A DNA stretch of 64,000 nucleotides from Octopus sinensis (Eukaryota). The stretch lies in NCBI RefSeq assembly GCF_006345805.1, contig NC_043013.1, forward strand, positions 25,978,001 through 26,042,000, written 5' to 3'. Under the pieces are notes generated by a model. That model did no database searches and was not told where the DNA came from. It was given only the letters and a program-made list of their open reading frames with translations. A program made the translations under genes and the position numbers. Shown piece after piece: positions 49,886-63,972 of the stretch (the stretch's first letter is position 1; every line of letters starts with the position of its first letter).

Positions 49886-50356
49886 ATATATATGTATGTA
49901 TGTATGTCATTATTCAGTTTTATTTCAAGATTGGGGTTGAACACTGGGGTCAATGTAATCAACTTAATCTCCTCACCCAAATTTAAAACTATTATAATTT
50001 CTGGTCTTGTATTCATGCTGGAAGCAATTACCATTATTATAAATAATGTAGCACTGTATTAATAGAAGACTTTAGGTCTTTAGATTTCGTTTTGATGCAT
50101 TCTGGGCAATACAGATTTGTTTGCTCATCACATAGGACCTTATTGTATAAAAATAGATTATGTGTGTGTGTGTGTCTCTGAGAGAGAGGGAGTTTTATTT
50201 GGTGAAATATGAAGAGCTATTGCAATTGAGAGGTGTCACCATCTCTACCAAAATTACAGCAATATCTCTTGTAAAAAATATTAGAAAAAAATGTTATGCA
50301 TTTAGATTTGCCGAGGAACAGAAGACAAGAGAGAAAGAGAGAGGAGAGAGGCAGGG

Positions 50357-50430
<74 letters not shown>

Positions 50431-50894
50431 AGAAAGAAAGAAAGAAAGAAAGAAAGAGAGGTGAAGGGGGAGAAAGAAAGAGACAGAAAATAATGTCAAA
50501 AACTTGGAAGTAGTCAGCTTCATAAGACTGCAGCTGAACATTACAGCTGTATTGGCAGTCGACCACGGCTGTCGGCGGCATTCTTAAAATGTCACCATGA
50601 CAAGGGATATTACATAGAGTACCTTTATTGACTTGTTTGTGGTGTTTATATTCCTCAGAATCAAACCAAAACTGCTATGAGGCTTCATGCTCAACAGACA
50701 TCTTTCACATATTTGCCGTATAGTGTAAAATGATATTGTATAGTTCTGCTCTCAGATATATCAAGTCAGAGACATACAATATGTTAACATTGTTATTAAT
50801 AGTTCCAAATGAGGTTTTGTGTTAAAAATAGACCAAGTTCTTTTCCTTTCTCACTGTACCTTTATCGAGTTTTTATAACACAGTTGTACCTTAA

Positions 50895-51071
50895 CCCTAT
50901 AGCATTTAGGTTACTCTGTCAAATCTAATCCTTATTTATCCACATTGGTTTGAATTAACCACGCATAATCTTGTAGATTTTTAGATTTTGATGATGTGAT
51001 TGTTCCATTTTAGAATGACATTGTAAGATAGGTGTGAGAGGCCAGAACTGGCTGATTTAAATGTTAAAAGG
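50895..51071. mobile_element. piggyBac-like MITE
   Basis: TTAA-ccctatagcattt ... aaatgttaaaagg-TTAA. Confidence 0.55.
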
Positions 51072-51834
51072 TTAATATTCTTCCAGCTTTTAAGGCAATC
51101 AGCTGACAGAATCATTAGCACTCCAGGCACAATGCTTAGTGGCATCGGATCTATCATTACATTCTGAGGTCAAATCCTGTCAAGGATGACATTACTTTTC
51201 ATCTTTTTCTCGTCAATGTAACCAACTTACCCCCCCCCCCCCTCCCACACCCCCGAAATTGCTGGCCTTCTGTGAAAATTTTCAACCAATATTTCACAGC
51301 TTTAGAGCAATGGAATGGCAGAAATCAGTCAAGCATCAAATAAATATCCTTTGCAGTATTTCGATGCATTGTTCGACATTCTGGGATCAAACCCTGCAGA
51401 TGTCAGCTCTGCTTTTTGTCCTTCCAGAGTCTAAAGAACCAGTCAAATGCTACGGAGGAGTTGAACAATTGACAAGTCTTTACAAATTTTAGGCCTTCTG
51501 GTAGGGCAGCAGACGGGCAGAGTTATTAGGCCATCATACAAAATTCCTTGAGAAACCAATATACACTAAATAATATTTATTCTTCTATTGCCCACAGGGG
51601 GTTAAACATAGAGGGGAAAAACAAGGACAGAGAAAGGGGTTAAGTTGATTACATCGACCCCAGTGCATAGCTGGTACTTATTTAATTGACCCTGAAAGGA
51701 TGAGAAGCAAAGTTAACCTTGGCAGAAATTAAACTCAAAACATAATGACAATGAAATACCAATAAGCATTTTGCCCTGCATGCTAACGATTCTGCCAGCT
51801 CACCACCCTATACACTAAAGAATATTAAACCATT

Positions 51835-52465
51835 ACTCTTTTACTTATTTCAGTCATTTGACTGTGGCCATGCTGGAGCACTGCCTTTAGTTTAGCACAT
51901 TGACCCCAGGACTTATTCTTTGTAAGCCTAGTACTTATTCTATCAGTCTCTTTTGCCAAACCTCTAAGTAACGGGGATGTAAACACACCAGCAACAGTTG
52001 TCAAGTGATGCTAGGGGGACAAACACAGACACACAAACATATACATACACACATACATATATATATCATCATTATCATCCTCATCATCATCGTTTAACGT
52101 CCGTTTTCCATGCTAGCATGGGTTGGACTGTTCAACCAGGGTTTGGGAAGCCAGGAGGCTGCACCAGGCTCCAGTCTGATCTGGCAGTGTTTCTACAGCT
52201 GGATGCCCTTCCTAACGTCAATCACTCCATGAGTGTAGTGGGTGCTTTTTACGTGCCACCGGCACAGGTGCCAGGGCAGGCTGGCAGTGGCCATGATTGG
52301 TTGGTGCTTTTTACGTGCCACTGGCACAGAAGCCAGTCAAGGCGGTGCTGGCATCGTCCACATTCGGATGGTGCTTTTTACGTGCCACTGGCACAGAAGC
52401 CAGTCAAGGCGGTGCTGGCATCGTCCACATTCGGATGGTGCTTTTTACGTGCCACCGGCACAGGT
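51835..52465 (-). mobile_element. SINE family 2 3' half plus RTE tail with tandem about 60-bp units
   Basis: Family 2 tail at 51835-52060; RTE tail at 52075-52465 with repeated ggtgctttttacgtgccac. Confidence 0.8.
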
Positions 52466-52926
52466 ATCACAACTATAATTTCCAAGACGCAACGAAAATT
52501 TTAGGAAAATAAAAATAAGAAATAAGTGGAAATTTTACTGGTGAGTGTGTTACATTATAAGGTACAAAAAGAAAATAACTCTCCCCAGACACAACAGAAT
52601 ATCATCAAAGTGTTTGTAGTTTATTTGTTTGGCTGTGTGTGTTGCTCATGTATTATGAAATGTAACCAACCATAAGCTTGTATCCTAGATATTCGTTTGT
52701 TGTGACTGTTTTTACTGTTGTTGAAGGAGACAAGGTTGTCATGATCCCGAAGGGCGTCAGCAGGTTGTTCAGAAGGTCTCCAAACAAACTGTTAGTACAA
52801 GTCTTATGTAAGATATTTATCTTTATCAAGGTTGCACAGTACAAACACTTGACAGGTAGAAGGTTTCAATGAGTCAAAAGGTAGACTGCACACACGTAAG
52901 TGTGTGTGTGTGCGTGTGTGTGTGTT

Positions 52927-52994
<68 letters not shown>

Positions 52995-53319
52995 TGTGAA
53001 ATTGGTTAGAACCAATACTCTCATTAACATAGAGAAGAAAGTGTATGTTGGACATAATCCTGAGATACAATAGTTTATAGAAATATGATAGAAACTGCAT
53101 CCTTCTGATCCTAGAAATTTAAGGTGGAAACCCTTAATGTGTTCCTCAATTTCTCACTTCTAACATTACTCTGATTGACAGGTAGCTTCAGTAGAATCCA
53201 ATCTTTTGCAAGAATTTGGGCAAGGTTTGTGGTCTGTGAATGACTCTCTTTCTTTCTCCCACCATTGTTGAAAGAGCCATGTCAGGGACACTACTTTTCC
53301 TCCTAATTAAATCATAAAC

Positions 53320-53558
53320 ATTGGTGCTGGTTCCCCATAAAAAGCATTGGTGCTGGTTCCAGGTAAAAAGCATCCAGTACACTCTGTTAAGTGGTTGTCA
53401 TTAGGAAGGGCATCCAGCTGTAGAAACCATGCCAAAATGGACATTGGAATCTGGTGCAATTCCCAGTCTTGCCAACTCATATCAAACTGTCCAACCCATG
53501 CTAGCATGGAAAACAGACATCAAATGAAGATAATGGTGATGATGATGATGATGATGAT
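53320..53558 (+). mobile_element. RTE 3'-tail copy
   Basis: ttaggaagggcatccagctgtagaaacc...gatgatgatg. Confidence 0.75.
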
Positions 53559-55066
53559 TAGAAAGACTGGACTGATATGTAGACAATTTTACCAGAAGAT
53601 TCTTGTTCCGAGTTTAATGAAATCCTTTTCTGATGTTGAGGATAATGAGGGATCACTGATAAATGACTCCCTGGATGATTTCACTTAATTGAAACTCTTC
53701 TGGTTGTCACTGGAAAGGGAAAATAGGCTTAAAGTGATATGAAAGACCATTGTTTACAACTGTCTACATTCTCTTCATTTACTTAAAAAATTTCGAGTGA
53801 GGGTGAAAGATCAATAGTTGACAGAAGCAAAGACATAATTTTTAAGGAGATGAAACATTGTCTTGTGTTTCAGTACCTATATGGTGGGATAGATATTTGG
53901 GGGCAGAGAAAGGTATGATAACTCAGGGAGGCCATTTCAAGAGCACTCTGTTTGAGAATGAGGGATAAAACTTTATCAAGACCTGTTGGGTTTATTAGCT
54001 GAAATCACTGTTAATCAACTGTGTACAAACAGTGGAGAAGCAGATTAAATGTATGTTTGTAGAATAAGTCATTGGTTGCTTGTTGGTGTTTGAGTTGAAC
54101 TGCTCAAGAAGATATATTTCCTTGGCTTTGTGGATAATAATTGAAGCAAACTCGTTAACATTTGATTGAAATATTTATTGCCAGACATAAAGGTATTTGG
54201 TGTTGATGAATTACAATGAACAACATAAATGATTGCTGACTGGAAAAGAAAGAAAAGCCATGTTGCATCCATAGAAGTTATTTATGAGACCTTGTGTGAA
54301 TGTTCAGAATGGGTCTGTCCAAGAACTTGGAGATGTCTACACAAATGTCCAGAACTATCTACATGGCAAGAGTAGAGGTGCAAGTCAGTCAGCCTCCTTT
54401 GATACTCTGCAATTAGAAAAGTGCCAAACATGGTTTTATTTTATAGGAGACAAGAAGAACATTCCAGAAAACAATATCATCCCACAGCCTCATGCCGATT
54501 GGTCAATTGATAGACCAATCATGTGAAACTGTGGGGGTTCCCTTGTAGTGTCTGACCAAGTGTTTAGTGGTCAGGTTTCAAATCACTGCTACCAGTAGAA
54601 CAGGAAGCAAAGTGAGCAACAAATGTGGTGGCAAGGTAGAATCTAAAAAGGTATTGTGGAAAAAAAATGAAAAAAATTTGATTCTTGACACAGGGGCCCT
54701 TTTATCAAAGATGAGAAGAGAGGGTCTCATGTGCTACAAGTGAAATTAATCAGAAATTGAAATTGTAATGCAGGTGTCAAGTCCTCCATAACTATCCTCA
54801 CTTTGAACCCTATGTTATTGTACCTAGCCATTTCTGGCATCCTACATGTTGATGTGCCAAGGTTCTATTGAACTAATTTATTTATATAGAGAGGCTTGCT
54901 TCACAATCATATGATTCTCTGTTCAATCTCACTGCATGGCCCCTTGGGCAAGTCTCTTCTACCATAGCCTTGGGCTAATCAAAACCATGTGAATGGATCT
55001 GGTAGATAAAAACTAAAAGAAGCCCATTTTGTGTGTGTGTGTGTATAGCAGAATAATAAAAAGAAA

Positions 55067-55513
55067 CATTATTTACATTATTTATATTTGACGGATATTT
55101 GTCATCTTGTTTGTTGTTTACACAACGTTTCGGCTGATATACCCTCCAGCCGAGCATATGGCTTAGTGGTTAAGAGTGCAGGCCACTAACCCCAAGATTC
55201 CAAGTTCGATTCCAGGCAGCGACCTGAATAATAATAATAGTAATAATTATAATAATTATAATAATAATAATAATAGTAATAATAATAATAATAATAATAA
55301 TATCTAAAAATAGCTGAGGAACGAGAACCCAGGTTTTGATATTTCCCTAAGACACCTCATGTAGGCTGAAGGGTATATCAGCCAAAACGTTTTTAATAGA
55401 TCAAGACATCAAAGACTATACATGATCTGTATAGTTAACAACAAAGAAGATGAGGACAAATATCTGTCAAATGTAAATAACGTACATAATTCCTCATCTC
55501 TTAAAAATAGAAC
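55067..55513. mobile_element. Composite hammerhead element with a 5' inverted fragment and a 12-bp TSD
   Basis: AATAAAAAGAAA at 55055-55066 and 55514-55525. Inverted body piece at 55067-55151, full head at 55154-55226 (tggcttagtgg; aagttcgattcc), (AAT)n, then a degenerate body. Confidence 0.85.
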
Positions 55514-55849
55514 AATAAAAAGAAAGTTCTTGGTACAATATTATATATATATATGTGAAATAATGAGTAGAGATGACTTTTGGTGGGGGGTGATAATTTT
55601 TATTTAAATCTTAATAATAATGTTATCAGTGAGTTACTCTGTTTATGAGTTTCAAGCTTTCAAGTAACCTGTTTCAAAATGTTTGAAAACGGTTACTTGG
55701 AAGCTCAAAGCTTATATCAGAGTAATTGATATTGTTATCAAGATTCAAATAAAAATTATCCCCTCAAAAAAAAGCCATCTCTACTCATTCTTTCAAATAT
55801 ATATGTGTGTGTGTAATTATGGATGTATATATGTCCAATGTATGTATAT

Positions 55850-56288
55850 GTTTACATAAAGCACCATCTGAACGTGGCTGGTGCCATGCCACCTTGATTG
55901 GCTCAGGTGCTGGTAGCACATAAAAGTGCCAATCCAAATACCAGCCTCCTCTCTGGCTCCTGTGCTGGTGGCACATAAAAGCATCATCCAAATGTAGCCG
56001 ATACCAGCCACCCTCTGGCTCCCATGCCAATGGCACATAAATGTACTATCCAAACGTGGTTGATACCAGCCCTCTCTGGCTCCTGTGCCAGTGGAATATA
56101 AAAAGCACCCACTACACTCTCAGAGAGGTTGGCATTAGGAAGGGCATCCAGCTGTAGAAACACAGTCAGATCAGACTGGAGCCTGGTGCAGCCTCCTGGC
56201 TTCCCAAACCTCAGTCGAACTGTCCAACCCATGCCAGCATGGAAAGCAGATGTTAAACGATGGCGACGATGATGATGATGATGATGAT
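55850..56288 (+). mobile_element. RTE 3'-tail copy with about 4 tandem units
   Basis: Repeated ggctcctgtg..gtggcacataaaagca, then ggttggcattaggaagggcatccagctgtagaaac. Confidence 0.8.
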
Positions 56289-56871
56289 GAATACAAATAC
56301 TAAATTCTGCTTTAATATAATTGTTCTGTTTTATGCAAGACAGACAAAAAGAGAGAATAATGGCTTGCACATGGATGCAAACCTATGTGGCTTTTGGTTT
56401 GGATAAAATTGCGTACCCTGGCTTAAGTATCACAATTCACTCCAGATGTATGTTATGTATCTACATTGTGTGCATACTGTTATATAATAACAGCTAGTCA
56501 TTAAAGCCTCGTTCATCCACACACCTTACCTTTAATAATCTGGAGTCCTTGACAAAGTCGACCAGATTATTGACATTTCAGATTTTTTTTCTTCATATCA
56601 TCATTAAGAATCTAATCATTAACGACCCCCATCACCACCACCACCCACACACACGCACACTTCTGTCTCTGTCTGTCAGTTTGTTTGTTTGTTAGTCTGT
56701 CTCTCACACATACACACAGTTCTCTCTCTCTCTTTCACACACTCACTCACTCATACATCATACACACCCTCATGCACACACTCATACACATACACACACA
56801 CACTCTTTCTCTCACATCCACACACTCTCTTTCTCTTTCTGTCTTTCTTTGTTTTTCTCTTTCTCTTTCTG

Positions 56872-56923
<52 letters not shown>

Positions 56924-57344
56924 CACCTCCCCCACACACACCTGGCCATCTAGCATTTACATCTCCTTTGTTTTCTTGTGTGTCCTTTTCTTTTTTAATG
57001 TTATGTCTTCCCATTAAGGAAATTTATTTTCCCATCTTCGTTTGGATTAACACTATATTTAATCAGGTGGGTGGGTGTTATGGCATTCAAATTAATCTTG
57101 CTTTATTTAATCTTGTCGAGATTAACAACACTTGATGATGAAGTGAACTCTCTTAGTCTGATAAAGGATTAACTGAATCTCTATAGAATCAATGCTGTTG
57201 TTGTTGTTGTTGTTGTTTAGTCATTGATATTGATAATGATGATGATGATGATGATGGTGATGGTGGTGATGGTGGTGGTGATTTTAATTTCCTGAACTAC
57301 TTTTCTGTTGCTAATCCTAAACTACATTTGGCTCTGGTGAAAGC

Positions 57345-57781
57345 AACACACACACACACACCACACACACACACACACTTATATACATACATACATACAT
57401 ACATACACACACACACACGCACATACATACATACATACATACATACATACATACATACACACACATACATACATACATACATACATACATACATACATAC
57501 ATACATACATACACACACATTCATACATACATACACACACAGAGGCACACGTACACACATACACATACATACACACATACATACATATATACATACATAT
57601 ATACTTATATACATACATGCACACACAGAATTGACACATATGCATATAAATGTATGTGTGTGTATTTGTGTGTATGTATATATATATTATATATATATAT
57701 ATATATATGTGGGTGTGTATGTATTTATGTATGCATATATATGTGTGTTTATATATGTATATATGTGTGTGTGTATATATA

Positions 57782-57812
<31 letters not shown>

Positions 57813-58000
57813 CATATATAAATATATATACATATGCATATACATATTTATATGTATATATATATTTTTATACATGTGTGCGTATATGTATATATATGTG
57901 TGTGTGTATATGTATATAAATATGTATGTACATATATGTATATATATATATATGTATATTCATACACACACACACACACACACATGCACACACACACACA
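57345..58000. repeat. Compound (CA)/(TACA)/(TA)/(TG) microsatellite block
   Basis: Directly visible; source of the 57328-58029 low-complexity ORF. Confidence 0.95.
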
Positions 58001-58319
58001 TGATTCAACAAATAGCAGCACTGTTGTAATGACGTAATTAGCACAGCACTAGCTAATTAGTAGAAGCTGGTGCAACAGGGTAATAAAACTCATTTAACCG
58101 GAGTGAAAAATAGGTTTATCTTATCTTTTTTTTTTTTTTTCAATTTAAAGGCAAACAACAAAAAAGTGATTTATTAAATTCCTGCAGATGTTTCCTCGAC
58201 CCTGTGGATGTGTTTGAGGTCAAACACACACAGGCAACAATGTTTCTGATTATTTAAACTCAAAATAGTTGTGCTTTTATATGTAGGACGCATAATAAGT
58301 TCCCACCTACTACATTTGG

Positions 58320-58840
58320 TAAAGCGTTTGGGCATTAGGAAGGGCACCCAGCTGTAGAAACCATACCAAATCAGACAATGGCAGCCTGGTCAACAGTCTG
58401 GTTTGCCAGCTCCTGTTAAAATGTCCAACCCATGCCAGTACGGAAGATAGACGTTAAATGATGATGATGATGACACTTTCATTTATTTACTCTTTTACTC
58501 TAGCAAATCGCCCCCAGGACTTATTCTTTGTAAGCCTATTACTTATTCTATTGGTCTCTTTTGCCAAACTGCTAAGTTACGGGGGACGTAAACACACCAG
58601 CATCGGTTGTCAAGCGATGTTGGGTTGACAAACACAGACACACAAACATATACACACACATACATATGTATACATATATACGATGGGCTTCTTTCAGTTT
58701 CTGTCTACCAAATCCACTCACAAGGCTTTTGGTTGGCCTGAGGCTATAGTAGAAAACACTTGCCCAAGGTGCCACGCAGTGGGACTGAACCCAGAACCAT
58801 GTGGCTGGTAAGCAATCTACTTACCACTCAGCCACTCCTG
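58320..58840. mobile_element. RTE tail (+) followed by SINE family 2 (-)
   Basis: ggcattaggaagggcacccagctgtagaaacc at 58330; family 2 reverse complement at 58490-58840. Confidence 0.78.
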
Positions 58841-59561
58841 CACCTTATTTATCTATTTTATATCACAATTAGGGAACACTAGCATTGTTCATTACAGATT
58901 TCCAATGAGCCAATTACTGGTTCACAACATTTCTAAGTGAGTGTCTCTAACTCAGGGTAGAACAACTATCACAAGGGATTTCATTTGAAAAGCAGCAGTT
59001 TTCTGAGATTTTCGTCACTGTCTTTTGCTTCTTCTGCAGATATACATTAATGGAAAGTATTACATACACACATACTTGTGCAGACATGTGAACATGCACA
59101 CACACACACACATGTACACAAACATGCATGCATGCATGCATACACACATACATACATACATATGTATAGACATATACATGCAAACACACACAGATACATG
59201 CACACACACACATATATAAGACAGGCTTCTTTCAGTTTCCATTTATCAAATCCTCACACAGGGCTTTGCTTCACCTAACACTACAGGTAGAAGTCATTTC
59301 AGCCAAGGTGCCATTTAGTGGAACTGAACCTAAAACCATATGGTTTGGAAGCAAACATCTTACCACACACCCAATCACATAAATCGTTTAATTAATCACC
59401 TGATCTGGTTGCATAAACACTGCAGAGACGGAAAAGAAGAGATTTAGTAATAAACTGAAATAGCATCAGTAAATTCTAGTTTATCCTGTTGACAATCAGA
59501 TCATATTGTTCTCATTATCAATGCACCCACCTCCAATTCACCTACCCCCAACACTTAGAAG

Positions 59562-59720
59562 AGATTAACATTATTTACATTTGACTGATATTTGTCCTCA
59601 TCTTGTTGTTAACACAATATTTCAGCTGATACCAACAAACAAGATGAGGACAAATATCCATCAAATGTAAATAATGTAAATAATGTATATAATTCCTCAT
59701 CTCTTAAATATAGAACTGTA
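59562..59720. mobile_element. Collapsed inverted remnant of the family A hammerhead body
   Basis: atttacatttgactgatatttgtcctcatcttgttg (inverted) joined to caaacaagatgaggacaaatatccatcaaatgtaaat...aaatatagaactg; the ribozyme core is mostly deleted. Confidence 0.75.
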
Positions 59721-60164
59721 TATGGGATGTGTTTCTTAAGAACCCTGTCTATTAGTTTATATGGCTTAAGAGGATTGAGATCTCTTAAAGAGGGATCTGT
59801 TGTTTTGCACTAATGAAAATACATTAGAATACTTTGACATATTTTTCTCTTCTGTTTAGTTTCGATTTGGTTTGTTTCACATCTTATATAAATCAACAGT
59901 TCATCAGCTCACCATACCAGCTTCAGTTTTGGCAAGTTTTCACTCTTTGAACTTTGATGGCTGTATATACATACATGCATACTTACATACTGGCATATAT
60001 ACATATGTACGTATGTGTGTTTATATGTATGTATGTGTGCCTTTTGTGTGACACCAGTACTAAATTCTTGCATGTCAGTCCCCTGGTGAAGAGGATGGGT
60101 CTGTAGGAGTCTTGTGCTGGTTCCACAATATTTTTTGTTGTCAGAGGAGCTAACTGTGTCATTA

Positions 60165-60485
60165 TTGGCCTGGCACTCCATCGGTTATGACAACGAGTGT
60201 TCTAGTTGATCCGATCAATAGAACAGCCTGCTCATGAAATTAACATGCAAGTGGCTGAGCATTCCATTGATATGTGTACCTTTAATGTAGTTCTCCAGAA
60301 GATTCATCATGACACAGAATATGGCAAGGCTGGCCCTTTTGAATTACAACTCATTTTTGCCAGCTGAGTGGACTGTAGTAACATGAAATAAAGTTTTTTG
60401 CTCCCAGTGACACAACATGTCACTAGGAATTGAACTCATGGCTTTATGATTGTGAGCCAAATACACAAAACCATTGAGCAACACA
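60165..60485 (-). mobile_element. SINE family 3 (decayed)
   Basis: Homologous to 8797-9130. Confidence 0.75.
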
Positions 60486-60782
60486 CCTGTTGTTATTACT
60501 AGAAAGCAAAAAGCATCTTCTGTTGTGTCTGGGGAGAGTCATTCTCTTTTAGTGCCTTATAATTTAACACACTCACCAGCAAAATTTTCACTTATTTCTT
60601 TTTTAATTTTTAAAAATTTTCATTGCATCTTGCAACCTTTTCAATAGTTATATGCTTCAACACACAAACTCACATAAAGAATCTTGCAAACCAAATCCAA
60701 AAACGAAGCAAAAAGCATCATTTTGCTAAAAACTTTACAACAATAAATCAAAAGAGGTTTGCAATGACTGCACTTAAAAGTA

Positions 60783-61232
60783 CAGTGCTACCTCAGAGTA
60801 TGAATTTTATTCATTCCATGACTGAGCTCAGCTTTTGATTTACTCATTTTACAAATCAATTTTTCCCACTGAAACTGACTTAAATATAATTAATCCATTC
60901 CGGCCCCTAAAAACCACTCAAAAATGATTTTTTATGGGTTTTAAAACAGAAAAGGTGTAGTCACAATTATAAAAAAGAGAATGCAAAAGAAATATGTAAA
61001 CTGGTTTTATTAACTGAATTACCTTAAAGATGGGACGATTTGTGTGCTCGTACTATGGATTTCCGCTCGTACTGTAAATTTCTGCTCGTACTGTGGATTT
61101 CTGCTCGTACTGTGGATTTCCGCTTGTACTGTGGATTTCCACTCGTACTTCAAGACAAAAATTTGCATAAGTCTCAGCTTGTACAGCAAATTACTCATAC
61201 AATGGTTTCACTCATACTGTGAGGTTCTACTG
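60783..61232. mobile_element. Tigger/pogo-like MITE with an internal 20-bp tandem array (61045-61150)
   Basis: TA-cagtgctacctcagagtatga pairs with tcatactgtgaggttctactg-TA; about 5 copies of ctcgtactgtggatttc. Confidence 0.78.
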
Positions 61233-62699
61233 TATTTGTATTAACCCAAGAACTGAACTTGGAAAGACTTCAAATTGAAGATTGTACTTGGATTAGGAAA
61301 GTAAATCTAAGTATTAATTCTCACGTAGAACTTCTCAGACTGTTGCAAGTTTGTAAGTATAGCACCATTTTAAGGTACTATTAACCCTTTCACTGCAAAA
61401 ATAAATTCATGATTATTCCAGGAATGATATTAAATATCCATAAAAATAAAAAAAAGTGGAATTGGTATTCTCTGCAAGTTACCTTACTTCAGTAGACTTG
61501 CAATATGTCTACAAAATATAATTCCTCAACGAAAGATTGATTGGTTTATAAAACTGCTCTCCACAGTTTAGCATAATCAAATTGTTAGTGGCTAAATCCA
61601 ATTTCAACAGTAAAAGGGCGAATTAAAAAGTCTAGATAAATTTGCCTTTACCTAAACCATATCCTATTTATTTTATTGAACTGTAATTATTTTTATGTAT
61701 CAAGCAACGTATGTGAAGGATCAATGTCATATGTAGATCAGCTACATAGTGAGGAGGAGGTGGGTAAACAACATAGATGTCATTGGTTGGATGTTTTACT
61801 CAAACAGGGTTGAATTATAACTATTTTATGGACTCAACTGCAATTTGAAGGCCTTGCACATACAGACTTGAAGTGGTCTACGTAGCTACATAGTTGAATG
61901 ATCTCCCTTGCAAGAAAGATTATAGAGTAACCTCCCTTCTCTAAGTTTCTCGAAGCATCATGAGACATGATTGTTAATGATTCAAAAAGTTTTTCTCTTG
62001 GAAGTTTCTAGATGTCTAGCATTCCATTAGTAAAAACAGCTTGCTAACCCCGCTCTTTGCTTCTTAGTCGATTAGACTTAGAGCCATTCACGTCATTGCC
62101 ATGTTTGTCTATTTCTCTACACCACATGACTGAAAGCTACCACTTAGCTGTTATTTCTATATTTCCTGTCTCTGAAGTTTCTTGCATAGATTACTTCATT
62201 CAATTAGATTCTACATTTTGATTCTATGTGTCATCATCGACCAGTAAATAAAATATATTATTATGTAGTAAATATTATAAGTTTTGAATTTATTCTTCTT
62301 CTCTGTAAGAATTCTTCTAATAATATACACACAGCCACATCAACACCTTGTACTGACTATATATTTTCACTGCAGACTAACTACCATAAGGGTCCTACTC
62401 ATTATAAAATCTTGATAAAGTAACCTGCTGGCTAACGGAAGATTAATTCTGAAAGACATTATCTTAGATATGGCGCATTATGTTTGCATGCCCTCTCTCA
62501 CCATGACTTCCCCTTGAAGTAAATATAAACAAGACGCCCCACCCCTCATGGCATAACATGTTGGAACAAATAAATGGAAGGTGAATTGACCTATATTGAC
62601 AGAAGTCTTAGTAACCAACAACAACCTCTGGAGTCCCAGGAACCCCAAATCCCTTTCACTATCAATCAATCACTTCTCACTCGTAACTTTTGTCATTTC

Positions 62700-62987
62700 T
62701 CTATTACTTGCTTTAGTCATTGAACTGTGGCCATGCTGGGGCACCACCTTGAAGGGTTTTAGTCAAACAAGTCGACTCCAGTGTTGGTCTTTTTTGTCAA
62801 ACTGCTAAGTTACAGGGACGTAAATAAACCAACACCAGCTGTCAAGTGGGGGTGGGGGGTGATGGTGGTAGTGAATGACTAATACAGACAAAGACACACA
62901 CACAGACAAATCTTACAAATATGAAAAGCCACTTTTATACTGGCAATGCCCCAGCATGGCCACAGCCTAAGGGCCAGACTTATAAAA

Positions 62988-63021
<34 letters not shown>

Positions 63022-63290
63022 TGTGTATATACACACACAGACACACAAATATATATATATATATACACACACATACATACATACATACATATATGTGTAT
63101 GTGTACATACACACACACACATACATTTGATGGGATTCTATACAGTTTCCATCTGCCAGATTCACTCACAAGGCATTTGTTAGTCTGGAGCTGCAGTAGA
63201 AAATACTTGTCCAAAGTTCCAGATAGTGGAACTGAACGTGGGGCCACATGAATACAAAGCAAGTTTCCTAACCACACAGCTATGTCTACT
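62700..63290 (-). mobile_element. SINE family 2 pieces (decayed)
   Basis: ttagtcattgaactgtggccatgctgg...; tgatgggattctatacagtttccatctgcc. Confidence 0.65.
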
Positions 63291-63926
63291 CCTGCATGCT
63301 GTTGCTAAAAGCCTTTCAGTAATGCTTTAAACCAAAAGTGACACTATGGAACATTTGAATGGATGGATCCTATTTGGCAAAACCTGCAGCCCTCCTTCAA
63401 GTGTTTCTTGCAGCTATATTGTGCCTAGGGTGAGGTTAACAAACCAACTTTACAACCACATGGTTTTCAGTTCAGTCCCTCTGCATGGTACCTTGAGTAA
63501 AAAATGTCTTCTGCATTAGGACAATTCCCCCAACGACAACTACCCCTCTCCAATATATTACAATATTTAAAATCATTATCTGTTGACCTCAGGGGTAATT
63601 GTCTATGAGAGGTAAATGTCCTTGACTCATATATATAATATATATATATCATTATATATAATTTATATTTATCATTCACTATTAATATTCTTACTCCTTC
63701 TGTATCATATAATGTTTTTTTAAACAATATTAATAGTGTTCAGTCAATCGTTATACAAATCCATCATTTTTTTGCTAAAATGTCTTATTGATGAGTTTCG
63801 TTTTTTTCACTCTCCCGAAGAGAAGATTGCATTGTTTATACCATTTATTCTTTTGAATAGTATCAGTGGAATTTTCGAAACGTGTTGAAAGTAAAAATAT
63901 TTGATTTACACCTGCGTTAAACTCCA

Positions 63927-63972
<46 letters not shown>

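Noticed and set aside
53900-54560. MULE-like transposase relic on the minus strand (MDAT..., FASIII)
   Set aside because: There are only scattered short resemblances across frames; a profile search is needed.
55154-55226. Functional tRNA-Ser/His-like gene (also 47830-47902)
   Set aside because: A and B boxes are present, but no acceptor stem closes, and the sequence runs into an (AAT)n repeat body; it is a SINE head.
58165-58240. Candidate next SLC6 exon after ttcctgcag (LDPVDV...)
   Set aside because: There is no VWxDAATQ/FFSL motif and stops occur in frame.
59860-59915. Minus-strand CTGATGA...GAAA (also CTGATGA at 41275 and 46947)
   Set aside because: The required helices cannot be formed.
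61700-62680. Ancient Penelope relic on the + strand (TPHD, IHT, PLMA*H motifs)
   Set aside because: The motif order is plausible but identity is too low to support by eye.
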